A DNA stretch of 64,000 bases, taken from NCBI GenBank assembly GCA_030390025.1, contig CM059431.1, forward strand, positions 151,406,001-151,470,000, in the 5' to 3' direction. The notes under the pieces were generated by a model. The model had not been told where the DNA came from. It searched no databases and worked only from the letters and a program-made list of their open reading frames with translations. A program made the position numbers and the translations under genes. Below, in pieces: positions 36,408 through 47,517 of the stretch (within the stretch, counting starts at the first letter, position 1; every line of letters starts with the position of its first letter). Source of the DNA: Squalus acanthias. Lineage: Eukaryota.

Positions 36408-37537
36408 AAAAATGAGAAGTCGCACAACACCAAGTTATAGTCCAATATATTTATTTAAAATTACAAGCTTTCGGAGCTATCGATCGCCCCTTCTTCAGGT
36501 AAAGTTACAATGAGTGAATCTACAAAAGTTCACAGAATATAAACACAGAAAATGCGAGATACAATCTTTCCTTACATCAAAGACACACCAAGAGCACAGC
36601 CAAGACAATGAGATGTGTCCCAGGGCTAAGGCTATCCCAAGGCTCCACTATTCGCCTTCAAGAAGCCGCCTAACCTCAAAAGTACCATCGTTCGCGACAA
36701 ATTACCCAGCTGTCAGGAGAACAGCGACCACGACACCACACAACCCTGCCACGGCAACCTCTGCAAGACATGCCAGATCATGAAAACAGATACCGTCATC
36801 ACACGTGAGGACACTACCCACCAGATACATGGAACTTACTCATGTGACTCGGCCAACGTTGCTAACCTGATACGTTGCAGGAAAGGAAGCCCCAGAGCAT
36901 TGTACATCGGCGAGACCATGTGGACACTGAGACAACGTATGAACGGACACCGCTCAACAATCGCCAGGCAGGATGGTTGCCTCCCAGTCGGGGAACACTT
37001 CAGCAGTCAAGGGCATTCAGCCTCGGATCTGCGGGTTAGCGTTCTCCAAGGCGGCCTTCGAGACATACGACAACGCAAAATCATCGAGCAGAAACTGATA
37101 GCCAAGTTCCGCACTCATGAGGATGGCCTCAATAGGGATACCGGGTTCATGTCACGCTACAGAATGTGACTTGAAATCGTTGTCTGTCTTTCCAGTTTTT
37201 AAAAAACAACCACAAAAAAAAAGGACGGAGAGAGAGGAAGGGATATGGAGAGGATATGCAGACAGCAGGATTTGACAGGTTGGATCCTCTGGGACACAAC
37301 TCATTGTTTTGGATGTGCTCTTGATGTGTCTTTGATGTAAGGAAAGATAGTATCTCTGCAATTACTGTGTTTATATTCTGTGAACTTTTGTAGATTCACT
37401 CATTGTAACTTTACCTGAAGAAGGGGCGATCGATAGCTCCGAAACCTTGTAATTTTAAATAAATCTGTTGGACTATAAACTGGTGTTGTGCGACTTCTCA
37501 TTTTTGTCCACCCCAGTCCAACGCCGGCCTCTTCGCA
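36408..37537 (+). mobile_element. 5'-truncated Neptune-like Penelope copy with inverted terminal arm (36408-36624 vs ~37288-37505), TSD CCTTGTAAT
   Basis: GIY-YIG ORF 36780-37169 homologous to the 12470-13819 C-terminus; TSD at 36397-36405 and 37538-37546. Confidence 0.9.
36461..36502 (-). ncRNA. Minimal hammerhead ribozyme (sister copy 37411-37452 on +, stem III mutated)
   Basis: rc UUAC-CUGAAGA-A-GGGGC(GAUCGAUA)GCUCC-GAAAGCUU-GUAA. Confidence 0.8.
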
Positions 37538-40500
37538 CCTTGTAATTTTGGCCAACGTTCCATTAGCCGTCCTAATTACTTGCTGTAACTGAATGCTAAG
37601 TTTTTGTGTATCATGTACTATGACCCCCAGATCCCTTTTTACCTCAGCATTTTATAATCTCACTCCGTTTAAATAATAAATTACTTTTTAATTCTTCTTT
37701 CCAAAGTGGATTACCTCACATTTTACCACATTGTACTCCATCTACCAAATTCTTGCCACTCACTTAACCTATCTATATCCCTTTGCAGACTCTCTTATTC
37801 TCACAACTTGCTAACCCACCTATATTTATATCATTAGCAAACCTGGCTAGTGTACACTCGGTCCCTTCATCCAAGTCATTAATATAGATTGTAAATAGTT
37901 GAAGTCCAGCACTGTTCCATGTGGAACCCTGCTAGTAAATGGTTGCCAACAGGAAAATTACCCATTTATGCCGACTCTCTGTTCTCTGTTAGTTAGCCAA
38001 TCCCCTATCCATGCCTAAATATTACCCCCAACCCCGTGCACTCTTATCTTGTGCAGTAACCTTTTATGTGGCACCTTATCGAATGACTTCTGGAAATCCA
38101 AATACACCACATCTACTGGTTCCCCTTTATCCACCCTGTTTGTTAAATCCTCGAAAACTCCAGCAAATTTGTCAAACCCGATTTCACTTTCATAAAACCA
38201 TGTTGACTCTGCTTGATTTTCTTATGATTTTCTAAATGTCCTGCTATTACCTCCTTAATAATGGATTCCAGCATTTTCCCAATGACAGATGTTGGTCTAA
38301 CTGGTCTACAATTTCCTGCTTTCTGTCTCCCTCCTTTTTGAATAGTGGCGTTACATTTGCGGTTTTCCAATCCGCTGGGCGCTCTCCAGTATCCAGGAAA
38401 TGTTGGTAGATTACAACCACCGCATCCGCTATCTATGCAGCCACATCTTTTAAGACCCTGGGATGCAGGCCGTCAGGTCCAGTGGACTTGTCGGCCTTCA
38501 GTCCCATTAGATTGCCTAGTACTTTTTCTCTAATTTGAGAGATTGTTACACGTTCCTCCCTCCCTATAGCCCCTTTATTATCTATTATTATTGGGATGTT
38601 TTTAATCTCTTCTACCGTGAAGACCGATCCAAACGAATTGTTTAGAGTCTCTGCGATTTCTATATTTCCCATTATTAATTATCCGTTCTCATCCTCTAAG
38701 GGACCAACGTTTACTGTAGCTGCTCTCTTCCTTTTGATACACCTCAAGAAGCTCTTACTGTCTGTTTTTATATTATTTTCTAGTTTACTCTCATACTCTA
38801 TCTTCTCCCTCTTTATAATGTTTTTAGTCATCCTTTGCTGGTTTCTAAAATGGTACCCCTCTGGCCTACCACTAATCTTCGCAAAATTGTATGCCTTTTC
38901 TTTCAATTTGATACCATTCTTAACTTCCTGAGTTAGCTATGGATGGTGCATCATTTCTTTCTCACTGGAATACACCTTTGATGAGATTTAGGAAATATCT
39001 CTTTAAATATCTGCCACTGCTGATCTACCGTCTTACTCTTTAATCTATTTTCCCTGTCCACTTTACCCATCTCTGTCCTCATACCCTTGTAATTGCCTTT
39101 ATTTAAGTCTGGGACACTAGTTTCAGACTCAAATTTCTCACCCTCAAACTGAATTTGATATTCTGCCATTCTATGATGACTCTTTCCGAGGGGATCCTTT
39201 ACTATGAGATCATTAATTAATTCTGTCTCATCACACATTACCAGATCAAAAATAGCTTATTCCCTGGATGGTTCGTCAACGTATTGCTTTAAGATACCAT
39301 CCCGAATACATTCTATGACCTCGTCCTCAAGGCTAAACTTGCCAATTTGATTTGTCCAATCTATATGATAATTAAAATCGCCCATGATTATTGCAGTGCC
39401 TTTCTTACAAGCCCAATTTATTTCTTGATTTATACTCTGTCCTACAGAGTAGCTACTGTTAGGGGGCCTACATACAACTCCCACCAGTAACTTTTTACCC
39501 TTACTATTTATTAACTCCACCCAAACTGATTCTACATCTTGAGCTTCTGAGCCAATATCATTCCTCACCACTGCAGTGATCTCATCCTTTATTAACAGAG
39601 CTACCCCACCTCCTTTCCCTTTCGGCCTATCTCTCCGAAATGTCAAATAACCCTGAATATTCAGTTTCCAGCCATGGTCACCTTTCACCAACTTCTCTGT
39701 AATGGCTATCAGATCATATCATGTATTTCTATTCGTTCCGTCAACTCAGCTATCTTGTTACGAATGCTGCGTGCATTCAGATAAAGATCCTTTAATATTG
39801 CCTGAGCATTTTTCCTTACTCTGACTCTTTTTTCTGGTGCACTCTTGTGCTCGTACGCTCTGCCCCTTCCTGATACATTCTGGTTATCGTTACCCCTGTC
39901 GTTGCTCTGCTATATTGCCTTCTCCTTTATCTTTGCCTTCCTATTTCAAGCTGAGCATGTTTCCCCTCGCTTCTACCCTCAAATTCCCATCCCCCTGCCA
40001 AGCTAGCTTCAACATCCCAAACAGCACTAGCAAACCCTCCCGCGAGGGTATTGGTCAAGTGCCCGTTGAGGTGCAGCGACGATGAGGGGTCAGCGATATA
40101 CTTCTAAGTCAGGATGGTGTGTGACTTGAAGGGGCTCTTGGAGGTGGTGGTGTTCCCATGCGCCTGCTGCCCTTGCCCTTCTAGGTGGAAGCGTTCGCGT
40201 GTTTGTGAGGTGTTGCCGAAGAGGCAGTGGCGAGTTGCTGCTGTGCATATTGTAGATGGTGCACACTGCAGCCACGGTACGCCGGTGGTGGAGGGTGTGA
40301 ATGTTAAAGTTGGTAGATCGGTTGCCAATCAAGCGGGCTGTTTTGAACTGGATGGTGTTGAGCTTCTTGAGTGTTGTTGGAGCTTCACTCATTCAGGCAA
40401 GTGGGGAGTATTCCAGCACAATCCTAACTTGTGCCTTGTAGAAGTTAGAAAGGCTTTGGGGAGTCAGGTGAGACACTCGACGCAGAATACCTAGCCACTG

Positions 40501-41329
40501 ACCTGCTCTTGTTGCCAAAGTATTTATGTGGCTGGTCCAGTTAAGTTTCAGTTCCATGGTGACCCCCAGGATGTTGATAGTGGGAGATTCGGCGATGGTA
40601 ATGCAATTGAATATCATGGGGCGGTGGTTAGACTCACGCTTGTTGGAGATAGGCATTTCCTGGTACTTCTGCGGCGCGAATGTTACCAGCCATTAACAAG
40701 CCCAAGCCTGAACGTCGTCCAGGTCTTGTTGCATGCGGGCTTGGACTGCTTCATTATCTGAGGAGTTGTGAATGGCACTGAACACTGTGCAGTCATCAGC
40801 GAACATCCCCATTTCTGACCTTATGTTGGAGGGAAGGTCATTGATGAAGCAGCTGGAGATAGTTGGGCCGAGGACACTGACCTGAGGAACTCCGGCAGCG
40901 ATGTTCTGCGGCTGACACGGTTGACCGTCAATCATCACAACCATCTTCTATATGGAGTCTTCCTCAGGGCAATCGAAAATCAATCCCAATCCCCAGTTCT
41001 ATGTGCCATTGCCCTCTGATGAGATTGATTTCGGACACCAGTGAAGAACTTTACGTTGAGCATTTGGTGAACGTGTGAATTCAGTGTTGAGTAGAAGAGA
41101 AACTGTGGGTGAGTTATACATAAATTGAATTTTCATTTTAATGTCAAATGAAATTTAAAATTTATTTCTTACTTAATGAATCGCTAATCGGCTGGCAGCT
41201 CAGTGTCAGTTACCAGTCTAGTTACCATTCATTGGCCAAGTCGTAAATAGACAGAGTGTGATTGGGGGCGAACTGACAAGCTGAAAGTGAAGTGTTTTAG
41301 GACCTCACGAGATCGCTATGTAGCATGAA

Positions 41330-42845
41330 AGAAATACAGGCATTTTACAGGACCTTTCACGACCTTAGGAAATCCTAAACACTTGGCACCAAATCAAGAG
41401 CTTTTGAAGTGCATTCTCTGTTGTAATGTAGCCAATTGTTCTGTCCCACGAACAGCAATGCAGTCCTCTGTTTTAGTGCGGCTGGTTGAGGGATAAATCT
41501 TGTACAGGATAACCTACTCTTCCAATAGTGCCATATCATCGTTTACGTCCACAAGAGAGGGCAGACGGGCCTCGGTTTAAAATCTCATCCGAAAAATGGA
41601 ACCTCCGATAGTGCAGCGCTCCATCAGTCCTGCCCCACCGAAAGTGCAGCGCTCCCTCAGTACTGCCTCTCCGACTGCGGCGCACCCTCAGAACTGCCAC
41701 TGCAAAAGTGCACCGCTCCCTCAGTTATGCCCTTCCGACAGTGTAGCGCTCCCTCAGTACTGCCCCTCCGACTGTGTAGCGCTCCCTCAGTACTGCCCCA
41801 GCCAATAGTGCAGCGCTCCCTCAGTACTGCCCCTCCGACTGTGCAGCGCTCCCTCAACACTGCCCCTCCGACAGTGCAGTGCTATTCAGTACTGCCCCTC
41901 CGACTGTGCAGCGCTCCCTCAGTACTGCCACTCCGAAAGTGCAGCGCACCCTCAGTCCTGCCCCACCGAAAGTGCAGCGCTCCCTCAGTACTGCCTCTCC
42001 GACTGCGGCGCACCCTCAGAACTGCCACTGCAAAAGTGCACCGCTCCCTCAGTTATGCCCTTCCGACAGTGTAGCGCTCCCTCAGTACTGCCCCTCCGAC
42101 TGTGTAGCGCTCCCTCAGTACTGCCCCAGCCAATAGTGCAGCGCTCCCTCAGTACTGCCCCTCTGACTGTGCAGCGCTCCCTCAACACTGCCCCTCCGAC
42201 AGTGCAGTGCTATTCAGTACTGCCCCTCCGGCTGTGCAGCGCTCCCTCAGTACTGCCACTCCGACAGTGCAGCGCACCCTCAGTACTGCATCTCCGAGAG
42301 TGCAGCGCTCCCTCAGTGTTGCCCCTCCGACTGCGGCGCTCCCTCAGTACTGACCCTCCGACAGTGCAGCGCTCCCTCAACACTGCCCCTCCGACAGTGC
42401 AGTGCTCCCTCAGTACTGCCCCTCCGACTGTGCAGCGCTCCCTCAGTACTGCCCCTCTGACAATGCAGTGCTCCCTCAGTACTGTCCCTCCGACAGTGCA
42501 GCGCCCCCTCAGTACTGCATCTCCGACAGTGCAGCACTCCCTCAGTACTGCCCATCCAACTGTTCAGCGCTCCCTCAGTACTGCCCCTTCAATAGAGCAG
42601 CGCTCCCTCAGTACTGGCCTTCCGACAGTGCAGCGCTCCCTCAGAACTGCCCGTGCAACAGTGCAACGCTCCCTCAGTACTGCCCCTGCGACAGTGGCGC
42701 TACCTCAGAGCTGCCCCTGTTACAGTGCAGCACTCCCTCAGAACTGGAAATTGAATTTTTGTCCACACATTATGCTTAAGTCTCTGGATAGGGACTTGAA
42801 CCCACAACCTTCTGATTCAGAGGAGACCCGCTGATCCACAGCTGA
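41330..42845 (-). mobile_element. Deu-domain SINE with internal minisatellite expansion, in the GPCR intron
   Basis: tRNA head rc at ~42790-42845 (GACTTGAACCCACAACCTTCTGATTCAGAGG), Deu-like core and tail at 41330-41600. Confidence 0.7.
41600..42745. repeat. 33-bp GC-rich minisatellite (~35 units) with a 328-bp higher-order duplication
   Basis: Unit CTCCGACAGTGCAGCGCTCCCTCAGTACTGCCC; near-identical ORF pairs offset by 328 bp (41657/41985, 41727/42055). Confidence 0.95.
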
Positions 42846-43026
42846 CACCATAAAACGCCAAGTTTTTTTAATCTTTCTAATGTTGCAAGATGGATCAAGG
42901 TTTAAACCCCCAATGGCATAGTCGGTGGAAAGTCGCGGAACATTGATCAAACATGTATTTTTCTTTAAGTCTGTGTATAATATGATCAGTCACTTGCTTT
43001 GATCATTCTGTTTCTCTTTCTTGCAG

Positions 43027-43930
43027 CGAATTTTGTGACCATTGTCATCCTGTGCCGAGGCCAATTTGGTCTCACCAAATCGGTCACTCTCTACTTGTTG
43101 ACCATGGCTCTCTCGGATCTCCTCGTCATCTCCTTTTTCGTTATATTTGATTACCTCGCCTATTTCCACGTCGCATCTTTAATATTTCTTTCTACCGCCG
43201 TCTGTACTGTCAACGAGTTCATGAAATCTGCCTTCATGGACTGTTCCGTTTGGTCCACGGTGGCTTTCACCTTCGATCGCTTCGTGGCTATCTGTCACCA
43301 GGGGCTCAAAGCCAAATATTGTACCTTGAGAATGGTGGCCACCGTCCTCGCGACCATCTGGGTGGTGAGCATCCTGAGGAACATCCCCGAATTCTTTAAA
43401 GATGAGCCTATCGTCACGCAAGACCATTAAGGGTGGGGCTGCCGAGTGAGATTCACCTTTCAGTATCAACTGGCATGGGTCATCTTTGACTGGGTCCATC
43501 ACCTACTGACGCCGCTCATTCCATACCTCTCCATCCTCCTCTTCAACTGCCTCACCATCAAGCACATCTTGGCAGCCAGTTTGGACCAGAGGAGACTCCG
43601 GAGTCAAACCGGCACCAGCGATGTCGAGATAACAAACCGGAGAAAATCTTCATTCTACTCTTCAGCATATCGGCTAGCTTCATCCTGCTGTGGATGCCCA
43701 ATGTCATTCGTCTCAACCAGGACCGAATTGCCAAGCTTTATTACAGCTCAGCTGACTTTACACACCCCTTGGCCATTCTCCACCAGACTGGATACACGTT
43801 GATGATTCTGAGTTCGTGTGTCAATACCTTTATTTATGCCTTGACTCAAACTAAGTTCAGGAAAGAGCTGCTGAATGGGCTGATATTTCCTTTTGCTGTG
43901 ATTGCTAAGTTAGTTAAATTAGTTCAGTGA
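43027..43930 (+). pseudogene. GPCR copy 2, exon 2 pseudogene (GPR139/GPR142-like)
   Basis: Acceptor TTTCTTGCAG; nonsense TAA at 43428-43430 (CAA in the intact copy); 1-bp deletion near 43648; no exon 1 seen upstream within this cassette copy. Confidence 0.9.
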
Positions 43931-45372
43931 TGTGAACATCAGAATATCCCTGAGGTTTACCCACCTGTCAACGATTGATCTGAACATTGGCTTCAGCAAC
44001 GGGTGCTTGTAGCTGCTTGCTCCCAAACTTTAGCCGTTCGGAACCTGTGCACTCAGCTACTTCCCCTCTTAGACTCAGAGCACATTACAGCACAGCCAGA
44101 GGCCGTTCAGTCCATCCTTTCTGTTCCCTGCACTACCTAGTTATTTCCACCCTCCCTTGCTCTTTCCACAAAGCCCAGCAAATTGATTCCGTCAAGTATT
44201 TATCCAATTCCCTTTTGAAATCCTTATTAATCTGCATCCAAGTCCCTTTAAGGTAGTGCGTACCAGATCACTGCAACTCGCTGAGTAAAAAAAAACACTT
44301 CTCATCGTCCCTCATCTTCCTTTGCAAATTATCTTAAATCTGTCTCCTTTGGTTATTGGCCCAACTGCCAGTGGAAAGAGTTTCTCCTCGCCTACTGGAG
44401 CAAATCCCTTCATAATTCACAACATCCATATTAAATCTCCAGTTATCCATCTCCGCTCTAAGGCGGAATATCCTAGATTCTCTAGTCTCTCCACATAACT
44501 GAAGTCACTCACCCCTGGCCTCACTCTGGTGAGTCTCCTCTTCGGTGATGCGAATCTCCATCGCAGATCTTCTACTCCTCTCACTGCTGCAATCACTGCC
44601 CCCAGTCCACATGCTTCAATTATTTATTTTACGATTGAATCTGCCTTTACCACCCACACAACATTCCCAGCTTCTCCAGTCTCTCCTCATAACTGAAGTC
44701 CATCATCCCGGGTAAATCTCTAGTAAATCTCTTCTGTACCCTCCACAAAGCCTTGATATCCTTCCTAAAGTGCGACGCCCAGAACAGTAATCCAGCTGAG
44801 GCCTAGCCAATGATTTATGCCACTTTAGCATAGTGTCCTTGCTTTGTACTCTGATCCTCTATTAATAAAGCCGAGGTTTGTTTTTTTAAGTACTTTCTCA
44901 ACTTGTCCTGCTACGTTCAACAATAAGTGTACATAAACACCGCCGGTGACATTAAGGAGTCAGATATCAAAAGGGAAAAAAATTGCAGGGCTACGGGGAC
45001 AGGGTGGTGGAGTGGGAATAGCTGAAGTACGCTTGCAGAGATCCGGCAAGTGCTGGACGGGCCGATAGGCCTCCTTCTGTGCTTTAGCTATTCTATGATT
45101 TGGGAGAAGGGAATAGATTGAGAAGTAGGGATCAGATTGATGAGTAGGGATCAAATTGAAGAGGAGAGTTCAGAGTCAGGAGAAAGGGTCATTTCAGTTC
45201 GGAGCAGACTCGGGGCAGGTTGATGGCTGTCAGTGTGTTTGAGATAGAATGTGCTGAGAAGAGTCTCGAGCTGACGTTGCATGCATTCACAGGGCAGCTG
45301 TGGGCAAGAAATGAAGCGAATCGCAGTTCTCAACCACTGTCACTCAGTCTCGCTGTTTCGGCGATGCTAAAA

Positions 45373-45442
45373 GCCAGATATTAGTCGGTAGAGCATCAGA
45401 CTTTTAATCTGAGAATACAGTATTCAAGTCCCTTTTTGGGCG
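45373..45442 (+). pseudogene. tRNA-Lys(UUU) pseudogene (paralog of 8901)
   Basis: GCCAGATATTAGTCGGTAGAGCATCAGACTTTTAATCTGAGAATACAGTATTCAAGTCCC. Confidence 0.8.
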
Positions 45443-45632
45443 ATGCTCTTATAAAAGAAATCACCATTTAATATACAATTTAAAGCAACGACGTTAGATT
45501 ATAAACGCTCATAATATTGTTTTAAGTTGCAAAAAATGAAAAAAATATTAATGTATTGAGGCTGCAGGAAAGATCAATGTGAATTGCTCGTGTTCTACAG
45601 TCCTATAAGGAAGTAAGATTTGAAAATCCTAA

Positions 45633-45705
45633 ACTAAATTAACGCACTTGAACGCTGCACCCTCTCATTTAAAATCTGATGATTCCCCGACTGAGATAGC
45701 CAGGC
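45633..45705 (-). pseudogene. tRNA-Lys-derived pseudogene (paralog of 9165)
   Basis: rc GCCTGGCTATCTCAGTCGGGGAATCATCAGATTTTAAATGAGAGGGTGCAGCGTTCAAGT. Confidence 0.7.
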
Positions 45706-46108
45706 TCACGCATGCAATTTCACACAGCGACCTCCATGGCTAACCTGGAACATTACATCCTTCACATACCGCATTTCACGCTACATTAACCCCGCGTGTA
45801 CAAGGCATTTCTCTCTTGTCCCCTCTAGTTCACTTGCCAATCACTACCAATCTGTGTCCTCTGGTAACCGACGCTTCAACCACATGCAAACAGTTTCGCC
45901 ATTTCTACTCTATCAAAACCATTGGTGATTTTGAACACCTCAATCAAATCTCCTCTTGACCTTCACTGCTCTAAAGAGAACAACCCCAGCTTCTAACAAC
46001 ACAGGTGTTAGATCTCCAGTTCGCTATCTCTGCTCAAAGAAGACAGTCCTAGATTCTCTAGTCTCGCCACTTAACTGAAGTCCCTCATCCCTGGTCTCAT
46101 TATAGTAA

Positions 46109-46316
46109 CCATGATGTGGAGATGCCGGTTTTGGTCTGGGGTGGACAAATGTGAGATGTCGCACAACACCAGGTTATAGTCCAACGGCATTATTTGAAAT
46201 CACAAGCTTTCGGAGCGCTGCTCCTTCGTCACTTAACCTGACGAAGGAGCAGCGCTCCGAAAACTTGTGATTTCAGATAAAGCTGTTGGAATATAACCTG
46301 GTGTTGTGCTACTTCT
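46109..46316. mobile_element. Penelope-terminus palindromic mini-element with two opposed hammerhead motifs
   Basis: TCACAAGCTTTCGGAGCGCTGCTCCTTCGTCA / CTGACGAAGGAGCAGCGCTCCGAAAACTTGTGA; diverged TSD CTCATTATAGTAA (46096) vs CTGATTAGAGTAA (46317). Confidence 0.85.
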
Positions 46317-46756
46317 CTGATTAGAGTAAGTCTTTGCTTCGGGGATGCGAATGTCCATCGCAGATCTTCTCTCTTCGCTGCAATCAATGCCCCACCAGTC
46401 CACTTGATTATTTTCCTCCATAGTAAATCTCCAAGCCAAATTCAGAGCCAAACACTTGGATCTAATGTTAAAATCTGTTCAAGGGCTGTGACTGTTCCTC
46501 AATTTATTCAATATATTGATAGTCAAATAAGAAAATCATATTGAAATTGGGAAGTGACGATGCGTTGCAGAAGCTAATGTAATGTTGGCCATTCTCTCAA
46601 GGGACTGGAACACAAAGGGGTGGCAGTTACGTGACATTTATACAAAGCTCTGGTTAGACCCCATTTAGAGCACGGCGATCAGTTCGGCGCAGGGCACCTC
46701 AGGGAGCACACATTGGCATTGGAGCGGGTGCAGCGCAGATTCACCAGAATGATAAT

Positions 46757-47517
46757 GGCCCAGAAATTGGACTTCGATGGTTGCCGCGGGGGTAAGGATC
46801 TGCCGCGATATCGCACTCCGCGACTGCCTTTATGGTTTTGGCCCACACGAACTTCAGTTCCTGGGCCTCTCCCTGGTGCCGGCGCACAGTGTGTGCGTGT
46901 CCCAGAGGCGCAGTTAGTGCGATGCGACCCCGGGATCACGTGAGCCAGTTAGAACCAATGGCAGCACAACATCTTTCATTCATAGTTTTGACAGGAAGAG
47001 CTGTCAAAGCTATGAATACAAATTGCCCCCAAAAGACAGCTAAACCTTAATTAAATAAAAAAAAATCCATCACATTAATAAAATAACTACAGTTAAGAAA
47101 ATTAAACACTTTAAACAAAAATTTAAATTTTTGAAAAAATTTAAATTCTTTTTAAAATTTATAAAATTAAACTTACCTTTCTTTAAAGTCTCTAAAAAAG
47201 ATAAACCTGTTGAAAAAAAATTAAAATAATACTTAATTAACTACTTAGCTTGTTAAAAGAGGGTCTTACGGCTGCTTTTTCATGTTTAAAATCTTCAACA
47301 CTGACGTTCGCGTTCAAACCTGAAAAAAAAACTGCGTGTGCTGCATGCGCACAGCCTGTAGTGCGCACACGGTTCACTTAGGAACCGCCCCCTTCGCAAT
47401 ATCGGAAGTGCCGGTGTCCCGCGCATGCGCAGTGCATGCAGGAAACCGGTACTTCGGGACGAAATATGTGTGAGTACACAGTGCGTACTCTCCCGTATTC
47501 AGACGAATTTCTGTGCC
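46757..47517. mobile_element. Non-autonomous DNA transposon (MITE), PIF/Harbinger-like
   Basis: TIR GGCCCAGAAATT vs rc GGCACAGAAATT, 3-bp TSD AAT, absent from the paralog at ~22085. Confidence 0.8.

Larger units (their letters stand above)
35785..39800 (-). mobile_element. CR1 ORF2, near full length and degenerate, interrupted by a Penelope insertion
   Basis: APE (GKGGGVALLIK, IMGDFN), KSTGPDGLHPRVLK, SQHGFMK, VRPHLEDCVQLWSP, 3' UTR at ~35790. Confidence 0.9.

Noticed and set aside
41596..42834. Long ORFs with STAPPTVQRSL or CSAPSVLPLR repeats (also 61577-62634), and CRISPR-like periodicity
   Set aside because: Products of a 33-bp tandem unit (a multiple of 3); no unique spacers, eukaryotic context, no cas genes
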